A DNA stretch of 64,000 bases from an uncultured Ignavibacteria bacterium. Lineage in GTDB: Bacteria; Zixibacteria; MSB-5A5; CAIYYT01. Below, piece after piece: positions 9,064 to 18,867 of this stretch. The notes beneath the pieces are model-generated. The model did not search any database and had not been told where the DNA came from. It worked only from the letters and a program-made list of their open reading frames with translations. Both the position numbers and the translations under genes were made by a program. Where the stretch lies: contig CAZQBX010000013.1 of NCBI GenBank assembly GCA_964592145.1, positions 3,199 to 67,198 of the forward strand. The letters are read 5' to 3'. Position 1 is the stretch's first letter, and each line of letters starts with the position of its first letter.

Positions 9064-10848
9064 ATGCAGATCTCAATCGGCAGAAAGTTCCAGCTCTACG
9101 TGACTGGAATCATAGTGGTCGGCGCAATTCTGGTCTTTCTGGTTGTCCGCAATGTCATCAGGCAGCAGTACACCTACCACTTCTCGCAAGAGATCGAAAC
9201 CGCGCAGTTGGTGCTTGACAACTACCTGCAAGGCCGGTTTGCGCTTCTAAAATCCGGAATTGATATCATGCTCTCTGACCCGCGTTTCATGGCGGCGATT
9301 GCCGAAGGTGACCCGACGACCGCTCAACATGAGGTCGCCAATTTTCGCAGTTTAGTGCAAGCTGACATTTTTGTGATTGCCGATACTGCCGGGCGGGTTT
9401 TTGCCGAGGATAATGCCGTCAAGATACTGCGACATGACGAACTCGGGCTGAATGTCAACAAGTATGAACATGCCCATAAAGAGCAGTATCGCTATTTAGG
9501 CAACAACGTGTACCAGACGCTGACCACGCCGCTTAGTTTCGGCCCGCAGTATCAGATGGGAAAACTGCTGGTTGGCTATCAGATCAATCTGGAATTGATG
9601 CGCCGGCTGATGATTCTGACCGGAAGCGACATATTGCTCCGGGCAAATGATGACATCATTTCTGCGACCGATCCGACCTTGCGCCAGAGATCTGAGATTT
9701 CGGATTTTCTACAGTCCAACACAAACAGCAGCGTTAGTGCGGTGCAGACGGTCAACATCGGCGGGGAGGATCACCTTCTGCGCGATTTCCGGCTCGGCGG
9801 ATCACCCGGGTTGTCCATGATTCTGGTGCGCTCGCTCGACGACCAGCTCGATCCCGCAATCGCCAATATCTCGCTCTACCTGATTCTCATGACAGTCGGC
9901 GCGTCCATTGTGTCGCTGGTACTCATCTATCGATTTACATCCACCAAGTTAACTGAAGCTGTCAATCGACTGGTCGAAGCCGCTGGGAAGATATCTTCCG
10001 GTAGACTGGAAGACCCGATTAGGCCGCTCAATAACGACGAACTGGGTTATCTGGCTTCGTGCTTTGACAATATGCGTCAGACGCTGATCACCAATCGTGC
10101 GACGATCGCGCGAGTGCAGGAAGAGCGCATCAATGCTGAACGGCTTGCCACAATCGGTCAATTGGCCGCCGGAATCATTCATGACTTCAAAAGCCCGATG
10201 ACGGCAATCGCACTGTCGGTCGAGGCCATTATTCACGGGCTTGGCGGCGAAGCCAAGCGCGAAAGCTATTGCCGTGGTATTAAGAGCCAGGTTCAACGCA
10301 TGGCCAATATGACTCAAGATTTGCTCGACTATGCGCACGGCAACAAGTCGCTCAATCTTGAAGCCGTCCCATTTGTCCAGACCTTGATTCAACAGGTGGA
10401 ATTCCATCGAGAACGTTTTGACAAGCAACGAATTGGCCTGGTTGTCGGCCAACATCCGGAATTTGTGGCTTCCATCGATCCGCACAAATTCCGTCGCGTA
10501 GTCGACAACTTGTTGAACAACGCTTTCGAAGCGCTTTCGCCGGGCAACAATGTTTCGGTAACAATCGAACAAAACTCGGCCGGTATCCATGTCGGTGTCC
10601 GGGATGATGGCCCCGGCATTCCTGAACAGATCGTTGCCGACATCTTCAAACCGTTCGTAACACATGGCAAATCTACCGGAACCGGACTCGGCTTAGCCAT
10701 AAGTCACAAGATCATTTCCGACCACGGCGGCGATCTCTCGGTAACGTCCACACCGGGACACGGCGCTCATTTCCTGATTAAACTGCCTGTATCGCTAATC
10801 AACGATCACGCCTCGACTGGAATCAATCTTCAAGGAGTGTCGACATGA
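9064..10848 (+). CDS. Membrane sensor histidine kinase (periplasmic sensor, HAMP, HisKA, HATPase_c)
   Basis: Two TM segments, HAMP (NDELGYLASCFDNM), H-box IIHDFKSP, N-box LLNNAFEA, DDGPGI, GTGLGL. True start is ATG 9064, 2 nt after the upstream stop, not 8857. Confidence 0.92.
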   Translation: MQISIGRKFQLYVTGIIVVGAILVFLVVRNVIRQQYTYHFSQEIETAQLVLDNYLQGRFALLKSGIDIMLSDPRFMAAIAEGDPTTAQHEVANFRSLVQADIFVIADTAGRVFAEDNAVKILRHDELGLNVNKYEHAHKEQYRYLGNNVYQTLTTPLSFGPQYQMGKLLVGYQINLELMRRLMILTGSDILLRANDDIISATDPTLRQRSEISDFLQSNTNSSVSAVQTVNIGGEDHLLRDFRLGGSPGLSMILVRSLDDQLDPAIANISLYLILMTVGASIVSLVLIYRFTSTKLTEAVNRLVEAAGKISSGRLEDPIRPLNNDELGYLASCFDNMRQTLITNRATIARVQEERINAERLATIGQLAAGIIHDFKSPMTAIALSVEAIIHGLGGEAKRESYCRGIKSQVQRMANMTQDLLDYAHGNKSLNLEAVPFVQTLIQQVEFHRERFDKQRIGLVVGQHPEFVASIDPHKFRRVVDNLLNNAFEALSPGNNVSVTIEQNSAGIHVGVRDDGPGIPEQIVADIFKPFVTHGKSTGTGLGLAISHKIISDHGGDLSVTSTPGHGAHFLIKLPVSLINDHASTGINLQGVST

Positions 10849-12014
10849 CGAGACGATGGACTCTCCAAGCCGCATTTCTCGCCGCACTTGCGATTTGCAA
10901 TGCTTCGTTTGCCCAATACCAGGTCGGTGGCCAACTCGACTTGGTTGTCCGAAACAACTCTGCCGTCGACGGCAGTAATAAGACCTTCAAAGGATTTTCG
11001 AATTTCGATTTTGTGCGCGCACGAATCTTTTTTGACGCCCAACCGACCGAAAAAGTAAGCGTCTTCACGCAGGTCCTTATCGACAACTCCGTGTTCCAGC
11101 TCTATGGCGCCTACGTCCGTCTTTCCAAACTTGGCGGCAAAGACATCAATATTCACGCAGGGATTATCCCCAATCCCGTCGGACTGTGGGGACCTAGGAC
11201 TTACTCGAACAAGAACCCGCTGATCGGGGTACCGCTGATGTACCTCTACCACACTGCCTTGGCACCGGGCAACTACCAAGTCAACGATGAACAGCTTTTG
11301 GAGTCGCGCGGAAGAGGTTTTTTGAAGTACGGTCTGCCGATGATGTATGACCCATGTTGGAATTCCGGGGTTGAGATCTTTGGTTCAGCCGGGATGATTG
11401 ACTGGTCGGTTGGTGCTTTGAGCGGTTCAGTCTCCGCACCGAAAATCCAGCGCGAAAAGGACCTGCCGCAGTTGACGGCAAAGTTGGGACTCTACTTCTC
11501 ACCTGCCTTCAACATCCAGTTCTCCGGCTTTGCAGGACCATACCTCGACGACATATCCAGCTTTGAGACTGTGTATGATTACTACCCGAAGCTTACCGCT
11601 TCGCATGGCGCCAAGGGTGCCGAGGACTATCTCAACCTTGGTGGCGGGATCGGCGCACACTATGATTATGGAATGTTAGAGATGTTCGGTGAAGCTTACT
11701 TCTCACGCTGGGAGCATCCTGTTTATGACAATCTCGATGCCTACAGCGCCTATGTTGATGCTCGCTACAAACTCGCGCCACAGTGGTATCTCGCTGGCCG
11801 GGTCGAGACGATTCGTTTTTCGCAGTATGATTTTGGCGCCGGCAACGGGAAACAGGACTGGGATTACCCCTTGAATCGCTTTGAGTTAGGTATAGGTTAC
11901 CATGTCGACGAAGCAGTTACCCTGAAGGTCGTTACGCAAATCGTCCGGTGTGAAGACTATGCTCCACTTGATGATGAGATGATCGCGATTCAGCTATCGA
12001 CTACTATCCACTAA
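10845..12014 (+). CDS. Outer-membrane beta-barrel / porin-like protein
   Basis: Signal peptide, alternating aromatic/Gly beta-strand pattern throughout; ATGA overlap with the kinase stop. Confidence 0.65.
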   Translation: MTRRWTLQAAFLAALAICNASFAQYQVGGQLDLVVRNNSAVDGSNKTFKGFSNFDFVRARIFFDAQPTEKVSVFTQVLIDNSVFQLYGAYVRLSKLGGKDINIHAGIIPNPVGLWGPRTYSNKNPLIGVPLMYLYHTALAPGNYQVNDEQLLESRGRGFLKYGLPMMYDPCWNSGVEIFGSAGMIDWSVGALSGSVSAPKIQREKDLPQLTAKLGLYFSPAFNIQFSGFAGPYLDDISSFETVYDYYPKLTASHGAKGAEDYLNLGGGIGAHYDYGMLEMFGEAYFSRWEHPVYDNLDAYSAYVDARYKLAPQWYLAGRVETIRFSQYDFGAGNGKQDWDYPLNRFELGIGYHVDEAVTLKVVTQIVRCEDYAPLDDEMIAIQLSTTIH

Positions 12015-12028
12015 TTGACTAAGTCGGC

Positions 12029-12057
12029 TTGCCTTTTCATTCTTATCCTCGTATATA
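12029..12057 (+). promoter_or_regulatory. sigma70-type promoter for pdxST
   Basis: TTGCCT-17 nt-TATATA. Confidence 0.55.
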
Positions 12058-12144
12058 GGGTGACTATGTTTGGTCGGTTACGGGCCGCTGAAAGCTCCGC
12101 GCCATTTGAGACGCGGATTGCATTTTTGACACGAGGTGTGAATC

Positions 12145-13020
12145 ATGGATAATAAAGAATATGTACTAAAGGTCGGTTTGGCGGAAATGCTCAAGGGTGG
12201 CGTTATCATGGATGTCACCAACGCCGAACAGGCAAAAATCGCCGAAGATGCCGGCGCCGTGGCCGTAATGGCATTAGAACGCGTCCCAGCCGACATTCGT
12301 AAAGCCGGCGGTGTAGCGCGCATGTCTCCGGTTGAGAAAATCGAAGAGATTCAAGCTACCGTCCAGATTCCGGTAATGGCCAAGTGCCGTATCGGCCACT
12401 TCGCCGAAGCCGAATTACTTCAAGAGCTCAAGGTTGATTATATCGACGAATCTGAAGTACTCACCCCGGCTGATGAAGAACACCACATTGACAAGCACCC
12501 GTTCAAGATTCCGTTCGTTTGCGGTTGCCGAAACCTTGGTGAAGCACTCCGCCGCATTCATGAAGGCGCTGCGATGATTCGCACCAAGGGGGAAGCCGGA
12601 TCCGGCAATATCGTTGAGGCGGTGCGCCACCTGCGCCAAATCTATGGCGAAATTCACGCGCTCAAGAAGATGGACAAAGAAAAGCTTAAGAAGATGGCCA
12701 AAGAATATCGTGTACCGGTTGATTTGGTCAAAAAGACAGCCGATCTGCAGAACCTTACGGTGCCCAACTTCGCTGCAGGCGGAATTGCTACACCGGCGGA
12801 TGCGGTGCTTTGTATGAAACTTGGCGCCCAAGCGGTATTCGTTGGTTCAGGCATATTCAAGTCTTCCGATCCATCGCGATTGGCGCGAGCGATCGTGACA
12901 GCGACCACACATTTTGACGACCCGGCAATTGTCCTCGAAGCCTCCCGCGCGTTGGGTGATGCGATGCCAGGTCTTGAGATCAGCAAACTTCCCAGGGAAG
13001 AACTGCTCCAGTACAGATGA
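12145..13020 (+). CDS. pdxS: PLP synthase subunit PdxS
   Basis: [60 protein letters not shown]. Confidence 0.98.
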   Translation: MDNKEYVLKVGLAEMLKGGVIMDVTNAEQAKIAEDAGAVAVMALERVPADIRKAGGVARMSPVEKIEEIQATVQIPVMAKCRIGHFAEAELLQELKVDYIDESEVLTPADEEHHIDKHPFKIPFVCGCRNLGEALRRIHEGAAMIRTKGEAGSGNIVEAVRHLRQIYGEIHALKKMDKEKLKKMAKEYRVPVDLVKKTADLQNLTVPNFAAGGIATPADAVLCMKLGAQAVFVGSGIFKSSDPSRLARAIVTATTHFDDPAIVLEASRALGDAMPGLEISKLPREELLQYR

Positions 13021-13598
13021 TCGCCAAGCCGATAGTTGGAATACTCGCATTTCAGGGGGACTTCGCCAAGCATGAAGAGGCTTTCGCCAAGCTCAAATGC
13101 GAGACGCGTTTGGTCAAGTCACCTTCGCAGCTTGAAGTTTGCAATTACCTTGTTATCCCCGGTGGCGAGTCTTCCGTCATTGACCGTTTCGTCAAGTCGA
13201 CCCAGCTGGCCGAACCAATCAGGAGATTCGCATCACATCGGCCCGTTTGGGGAACTTGTGCCGGAATGATCCTATTGGCAGCGCAAGTCACCAACGACAG
13301 GACAATAACACCTCTCTCGCTTCTTGACGTCACTATCGAAAGAAACGGCTATGGCCGCCAGTTCGAATCGTTCATCGACACCGGTCAGGTCAAATTCGGC
13401 GCGAAACTCCAACCGCTGGAGATGGTTTTCATTCGAGCACCCAAGATCACTAACATCGGCGCTGAAGTTGAAAGACTCGGCACTTGTCGGAGTGAAACGG
13501 TGATCGTACGCCAGGGCAATGTAATTGCAACCTCATTTCATCCCGAATTGACTGCTTCAACCCGTTTTCAACAGTATTTTCTATCACTTAAGCTGTAA
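13017..13598 (+). CDS. pdxT: PLP synthase glutaminase subunit PdxT
   Basis: [43 protein letters not shown]. Confidence 0.97.
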   Translation: MIAKPIVGILAFQGDFAKHEEAFAKLKCETRLVKSPSQLEVCNYLVIPGGESSVIDRFVKSTQLAEPIRRFASHRPVWGTCAGMILLAAQVTNDRTITPLSLLDVTIERNGYGRQFESFIDTGQVKFGAKLQPLEMVFIRAPKITNIGAEVERLGTCRSETVIVRQGNVIATSFHPELTASTRFQQYFLSLKL

Positions 13599-13713
13599 TT
13601 CCCTATTGGGTAACAATGCATTAAGTTTGTTCACTTCATTGGTACCGCAAAATTTTCCTTGGATACAAATGTCAACATCGATTGTTTAATAGGGGAAATT
13701 GAAGGAGACACAA

Positions 13714-14085
13714 ATGCATCGTTTCATTATCACACTCGCGATTGTTCTGTTGCCACTTACCCAGCTTCTGGCTGGACGGATTTTCGGCGATATCAAAATG
13801 GGCGACAAGCCAGTAGCTGAAGGGGTCAAAGTCACAATTTCTGCCCCGCTCAAAGCGGCGGAGGCCGGCAAACCGGCTCCAGCTCCCGTTGTGGCTGACT
13901 CTTCTGCCACAGACAAATTCGGCGCTTATCGTCTGAATGTTAAAGAAGAAGGTAAGTGCATCCTGACTGTGCACATTGACAAGCAGACACCGACTTTGGA
14001 AGTTCTTTCCTATGCCAATGCGACACGCTATGACCTCGTTTTGGAGAAGGACAAGGACGGCAAATACGCCCTGAAGAGGAAGTAG
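13714..14085 (+). CDS. Small secreted protein, probable transthyretin/carboxypeptidase-regulatory-like beta fold
   Basis: AAGGAG SD, signal peptide MHRFIITLAIVLLPLTQLLA, TDKFGAY motif. Confidence 0.6.
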   Translation: MHRFIITLAIVLLPLTQLLAGRIFGDIKMGDKPVAEGVKVTISAPLKAAEAGKPAPAPVVADSSATDKFGAYRLNVKEEGKCILTVHIDKQTPTLEVLSYANATRYDLVLEKDKDGKYALKRK

Positions 14086-14088
14086 TCG

Positions 14089-14979
14089 GTGGAGAACAAA
14101 AGTCGTGATTTCTGGGATAAACTGACCATTATCTTACAACCCCTTGGCGGGTTGTTCACAGCCATTGCGATAACGCTTCTCGGCTTCTTTACCTCACAAT
14201 ACCTTGAGCGTCAACAGTCGCTTGATGCTAACACGCGGCTTTATTCGGAACTGATGAGCAATCGCGAGCAGTCCGAGAGCGCCCTGCGTAAGGATATGTT
14301 CGTGTCGATCATCGGAACGTTCCTGCGCCCGCAGGAATCTACAATCGGTGCTGCCGTGCTCAATCTGGAATTGCTCGCCTACAATTTTCACGAATCGCTC
14401 AACCTCAAGCCGCTCTTCACTGACCTGCGGCAGAGTATCTCCGAACGCCTGAAAAACGAAGCCCGTCCCGATTCGATCGAGCGATACCAGGCTTTCCAGC
14501 GCCGTCTTGAACGAGTCGCAAGAGAGATTACCAAAAAGCAAATGGTGGTACTCGAAGGCGTCGGCGTCAAAAAGGACTGGGCTGTGAATCTGGAAGGCGA
14601 ATTCGAGGGCGTTGCTCTAGAGCCGGCGGAATTTGACCTTGATAGTGTTTCGACAACACTGGTTGTCGATGTCACCGATGTCGATCGCCAGGCTAAGGAG
14701 TTGCGCCTTGATGTTACAATTCGTAGTCAAAACGGGCAAGGTGATCCGGTTTCGAAGAACGTTTCATTCAGCACGGGATTCTACGATTTCCCGATGATCG
14801 ACAACACTCGCCTCCCCAATGGGCAGCGTTTTTCTGTCATCATGAACAACTTCTCGGAGATGGGCGCAGAGATCACAATCGTACTTTTCCCCGGCGCCTA
14901 CGCCAGCCTCAAGGAAAAGCCTTATTACGGCGAGGTTATCGAAAATATCCGCAAGTCTTCTCAGGAAATGGGCGATTAG
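14089..14979 (+). CDS. Hypothetical single-pass membrane protein
   Basis: 296-aa ORF 3 nt after the upstream stop, with one N-terminal TM helix followed by a coiled segment. Confidence 0.75.
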   Translation: MENKSRDFWDKLTIILQPLGGLFTAIAITLLGFFTSQYLERQQSLDANTRLYSELMSNREQSESALRKDMFVSIIGTFLRPQESTIGAAVLNLELLAYNFHESLNLKPLFTDLRQSISERLKNEARPDSIERYQAFQRRLERVAREITKKQMVVLEGVGVKKDWAVNLEGEFEGVALEPAEFDLDSVSTTLVVDVTDVDRQAKELRLDVTIRSQNGQGDPVSKNVSFSTGFYDFPMIDNTRLPNGQRFSVIMNNFSEMGAEITIVLFPGAYASLKEKPYYGEVIENIRKSSQEMGD

Positions 14980-15113
14980 AGAGTTCTCATCGGACAGCTG
15001 ATACTACCACTATCGCAGCAATTGTCTATTACTCAGCTGCTCTCACCATCTTAACACAACTAGATTGTGTCGGGAGGCGGTTCGGACTAAAGCAGATGGC
15101 CTTTCGAACCAAA

Positions 15114-16370
15114 TCAGATCGACAGCACTACGCGCAAAACACCTTCATACGGCAATTTCTGCTGTTCAGTCGTCGTCATGTTCTTAATGGTGTAGTGCTT
15201 GCCTTTCAAGTCATCGGAGAACACGAAAATTGCAAATCGCGAATTCTGCCTCGAAGCTTCCTTCATTTGCGATTTCTGTGATCGGTCGAGGTAATCCAAA
15301 TCGACCGATAACCCGGCATCGCGCAGTCTGCCAGCCAGGGATGCGGCTTCAACGCGCTCATCTGCATTTACAGCAACGATAAAGATGTCGAGCGGCTTCT
15401 CGGTGAAACCCTTGTTTCCGGTAGCATCCATTGCAAGGAGTGTCCGCTCCATGCCCGCGGCAAATCCGACCGCCGGCGTCGGTTCGCCGCCAAGTTCCTG
15501 AATCAGAAGATCATAGCGCCCGCCGCCGGATAGCGCATCCTGGGCGCCCAGGAGACTGGAACGAATCTCAAATGCCGTGCGAGTATAGTAATCCAAGCCT
15601 CTTACCAGGCGCGGGTCGACACTGTATGGAATATTGAGTCTTTCCAGGGAAGTCATGACCAAGTCGAGATCGCGTTTGACATCATCGTCATAAAACTGCT
15701 CCAACAGCGGCGCATCGGCCATCAGCGATCGGGTGAGTTGCTCTTTGCTGTCAAACAATCGCAGTGGATTTCGTTCGATTTTTTCGCGGTCGACTGCCGG
15801 AAACTTTTCAGCGTCCGGTTGCACGAATCTCAATAGCGCAAGGCGATGCTTGGCGCGAATCTCCGGTGTGGCAACGGAATTGATCGCAACCTCAAATTGA
15901 CTGACGCCGCAATCACGTAAGATCTGAACGCTGATGGCAATAATCTCGGCGTCTATCTTGGGATCGCTCGAGCCAATCGCCTCGGCCCCGAACTGGTGAA
16001 ACTGACGCTGGCGTCCCTTTTGCGGTTTCTCCTGTCGGAACATCGGGCCGATGTAATACACTTTGTTGAGCGGTGACTTCTTGCCAAGTGATTCCTCGAT
16101 AAATGCCCGCACCACCGAAGCGGTAGCTTCCGGGCGCAATGTCAGATTCCGCCCGCCCATGTCCGTGAAACTGAACATCTCCTTGGAGACGATATCCGTG
16201 CCTTCTCCGATACCTCGTGCAAAAAGCTCCGTCATCTCGAACACCGGAGGGCGAATCTCCTTATAATTGAATCGTCGCATCGCGTCGCGAACGATCTCTT
16301 CGAGATAGATCCACTTCGCCGACTCTTCGGGAAGGATATCGAAAGTGCCTTTAATCCTCTGGTATTTCAT
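15114..16370 (-). CDS. hisS: Histidyl-tRNA synthetase
   Basis: KGTFD, LRPEATAS, FRQEKPQKGRQRQFHQ, VRGLDYYT, GGGRYD, GFAAGMER. Confidence 0.98.
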   Translation of the reverse strand: MKYQRIKGTFDILPEESAKWIYLEEIVRDAMRRFNYKEIRPPVFEMTELFARGIGEGTDIVSKEMFSFTDMGGRNLTLRPEATASVVRAFIEESLGKKSPLNKVYYIGPMFRQEKPQKGRQRQFHQFGAEAIGSSDPKIDAEIIAISVQILRDCGVSQFEVAINSVATPEIRAKHRLALLRFVQPDAEKFPAVDREKIERNPLRLFDSKEQLTRSLMADAPLLEQFYDDDVKRDLDLVMTSLERLNIPYSVDPRLVRGLDYYTRTAFEIRSSLLGAQDALSGGGRYDLLIQELGGEPTPAVGFAAGMERTLLAMDATGNKGFTEKPLDIFIVAVNADERVEAASLAGRLRDAGLSVDLDYLDRSQKSQMKEASRQNSRFAIFVFSDDLKGKHYTIKNMTTTEQQKLPYEGVLRVVLSI

Positions 16371-16379
16371 AGTGCATTC

Positions 16380-16407
16380 AAGATAGAAATCGGTCAGGTA
16401 ATGTCAA
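16380..16407 (-). promoter_or_regulatory. sigma70-type promoter for hisS (near-leaderless)
   Basis: TTGACA-16 nt-TATCTT, ending 9 nt before the ATG; no SD. Confidence 0.55.
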
Positions 16408-16441
16408 TGCAATCTGAAGTCATGATAATCTCCACACATGG

Positions 16442-16822
16442 CTACCTGCGAGTTCGGTAGATGATCGTCGACACTCCTGCCAGAGTGTAGCCGATCACGT
16501 CAGCCAGCCAGTCTCCGATCGACGAATCGCGATTCGGCACAAACGACTGGACGGTTTCGTCAATACCGGCATAAGCGAGTCCGAAGGCGAAAAGCAGAAG
16601 ATACAAGATAACTCGCCGGGAAGAAGCATGTAGGTCAGGGAAGGCTCTGAAGATCAGTAATCCGAACACAAAATACTCTAAACCATGATAAAACTTATCA
16701 ATATTGCGGATATCAAATGAGGGGGCCTGGGCATTCGGAAGCGATGATAGCAGCAGAATCAAGCCGGCGAAGAGGATTGGCGGCAACTTATAATACAGGA
16801 GTTTCTTATCGATCCGAGTCAT
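16442..16822 (-). CDS. VanZ-family membrane protein
   Basis: DKFYHGLEYFVFG, DETVQSFVPNRDSSIGDWLAD. Start placed at ATG 16822. Confidence 0.88.
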   Translation of the reverse strand: MTRIDKKLLYYKLPPILFAGLILLLSSLPNAQAPSFDIRNIDKFYHGLEYFVFGLLIFRAFPDLHASSRRVILYLLLFAFGLAYAGIDETVQSFVPNRDSSIGDWLADVIGYTLAGVSTIIYRTRR

Positions 16823-16831
16823 AGGGGGGTA

Positions 16832-16860
16832 TATATAATGAGAGAATGAGGCACAGACAA
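16832..16860 (-). promoter_or_regulatory. sigma70-type promoter for the VanZ gene (near-leaderless)
   Basis: TTGTCT-17 nt-TATATA, ending 9 nt before ATG 16822; no SD. Confidence 0.5.
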
Positions 16861-16899
16861 GCCGCAATCTCGCAGTTGGAACGAGTCCCGCCTCAAGGC

Positions 16900-16927
16900 T
16901 TGACTTCAGAACTGCCAGTCATATATT
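16900..16927 (+). promoter_or_regulatory. sigma70-type promoter for the gmd operon
   Basis: TTGACT-16 nt-TATATT. Confidence 0.5.
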
Positions 16928-16951
16928 CCAGCCAACCCTAATGCGGAGATA

Positions 16952-17923
16952 ATGATGCGCGCATTAATAACCGGTGTTACCGGTCAAGACGGATCGTACC
17001 TCGCCGAATTGCTCTTGGAAAAGGGCTACGAAGTTTACGGCATGGTACGTCGTTCATCAACGGAGAATTTCGAAAGAATCAACCATATCAAAGACAGAAT
17101 ACGGCTGATCCAAGCTGACCTCTATGATCAGGGTTCGCTTCTTGATATGATTGAAGATGTACGACCGAATGAAGTCTACAACCTGGCGGCGCAGTCATTT
17201 GTGCCAACCTCCTGGACCCAGCCCGTTTTGACGGGGGAGTTCGATGCCATTGGTGTCACCAAGCTGCTTGAAGCGATCCGCAAGGTTGACACAAAAATCA
17301 AATTCTACCAGGCTTCGTCGTCGGAAATGTTCGGCAAAGTTCAGCAGGTGCCGCAAACGGAGAATACGCCCTTTTACCCGCGTTCTCCTTACGGTGTTGC
17401 CAAGGTTTATGGCCATTTCATAACGGTGAACTATCGTGAGTCTTATGATATCCATGCCTCGTCCGGCATCCTGTTCAACCATGAATCACCTCGTCGGGGA
17501 CTGGAATTCGTAACACGCAAAATATCGGATGGTGCAGCGCGAATAAAGCTCGGCCTGGCAAACACGCTGTTTCTAGGCAATCTGGATGCTAAGCGCGATT
17601 GGGGTTATGCCGGCGACTACGTTGTCGCTATGTGGTTAATGCTTCAGCAGGATAGGCCCGAGAATTTTGTCATTTCTTCGAACGAAAATCATACGGTAAG
17701 AGAATTTGCCGATATTGCCTTCTCGCGTCTCGATCTCGATTACAAGCAGTACGTCAAGATCGACCAACGCTTCGTTCGCCCGGCTGAAGTTGATATTCTT
17801 CTGGGCGACTCGACACAAGCGCGCAAGAAACTTGGATGGGAGCCTAAGGTGTCGTTCAAACAGCTGGTTGTGATGATGGTTGAATCGGATATGGCGGCCC
17901 TGAAGAAAAAACACAACTTATGA
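16952..17923 (+). CDS. gmd: GDP-mannose 4,6-dehydratase
   Basis: [69 protein letters not shown]. Confidence 0.97.
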   Translation: MMRALITGVTGQDGSYLAELLLEKGYEVYGMVRRSSTENFERINHIKDRIRLIQADLYDQGSLLDMIEDVRPNEVYNLAAQSFVPTSWTQPVLTGEFDAIGVTKLLEAIRKVDTKIKFYQASSSEMFGKVQQVPQTENTPFYPRSPYGVAKVYGHFITVNYRESYDIHASSGILFNHESPRRGLEFVTRKISDGAARIKLGLANTLFLGNLDAKRDWGYAGDYVVAMWLMLQQDRPENFVISSNENHTVREFADIAFSRLDLDYKQYVKIDQRFVRPAEVDILLGDSTQARKKLGWEPKVSFKQLVVMMVESDMAALKKKHNL

Positions 17924-18867
17924 GAGCATTCATCACCGGCATCACCGGATTTGCCGGTTCGCATTTAGCCGAGAACCTTCTCAAACATAATTTTGAAGTT
18001 TTCGGCACAACCTTAAAGGGTGAGAAACGTGACAATATTGCTGCGTTCAAGAAGGATGTCTCGATCGTAACTACTGCGCTTCATGACACCCTGTCGCTGA
18101 AGCGGGCAATCGATCATGCAAAACCGCACTGGGTGTTTCATCTTGCAGCACTGGCAGCTGTCGGGAGGTCATTCACGGCTCCAGTCGAAACGATGAACGT
18201 CAATTTAGTCGGTACTCAGAACTTGTACGAGATCCTGCGTAACTCAAAGACAATTCAGAAGGTTGTTTTCGTATCATCAGCGGATGTTTTTGGACCCTTG
18301 CCGCCATCCAAAATGCCAATTTTGCCTGATTATCCGTTGCATCCAGTTTCGCCGTACGGCGCATCCAAGGCAGCCGCTGATATCCTCTCTTATCAGTATT
18401 TCCGCGCATACGGACTACCAGTTGTCCGGATTCGCGCGTTTAACCACACTGGTCCTCGGCAGGCAACCGGATATGTCATACCCGATTTTTGCTCGCAGAT
18501 TACTCAAATCGAGCGATCAGGGCGGCGCGGGACAATTAAGGTCGGTGACGTTACAGCGCGGCGCGACATCAGCGATGTTCGGGACATCGTCAACGGCTAT
18601 CGCCTCGCGGCGGCAAAGGGCAGAATCGGCGAAGCGTATATTCTCGCCAGCGGGAAAGCTGATAGTATTCGCCATTATTTGAAGCTATTGACTAAACTGT
18701 CAACTGCCGAAATAGATATCAAGATAGCAGAGGAACTGCTTCGCCCGGTTGAAGTGCCGCTGTTGATCGGCAGCATTGCGAAGTCAAAGAAGGAATTAGG
18801 ATATAATCCCAAGTACAAGATCGAGCAGACTCTGCTCGACACGTTGGATTTCTGGAGGATGAATTGA
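17920..18867 (+). CDS. rmd: GDP-4-keto-6-deoxy-mannose reductase-like extended SDR (probable Rmd, GDP-D-rhamnose)
   Basis: [45 protein letters not shown]; translationally coupled to gmd. Confidence 0.75.
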   Translation: MRAFITGITGFAGSHLAENLLKHNFEVFGTTLKGEKRDNIAAFKKDVSIVTTALHDTLSLKRAIDHAKPHWVFHLAALAAVGRSFTAPVETMNVNLVGTQNLYEILRNSKTIQKVVFVSSADVFGPLPPSKMPILPDYPLHPVSPYGASKAAADILSYQYFRAYGLPVVRIRAFNHTGPRQATGYVIPDFCSQITQIERSGRRGTIKVGDVTARRDISDVRDIVNGYRLAAAKGRIGEAYILASGKADSIRHYLKLLTKLSTAEIDIKIAEELLRPVEVPLLIGSIAKSKKELGYNPKYKIEQTLLDTLDFWRMN

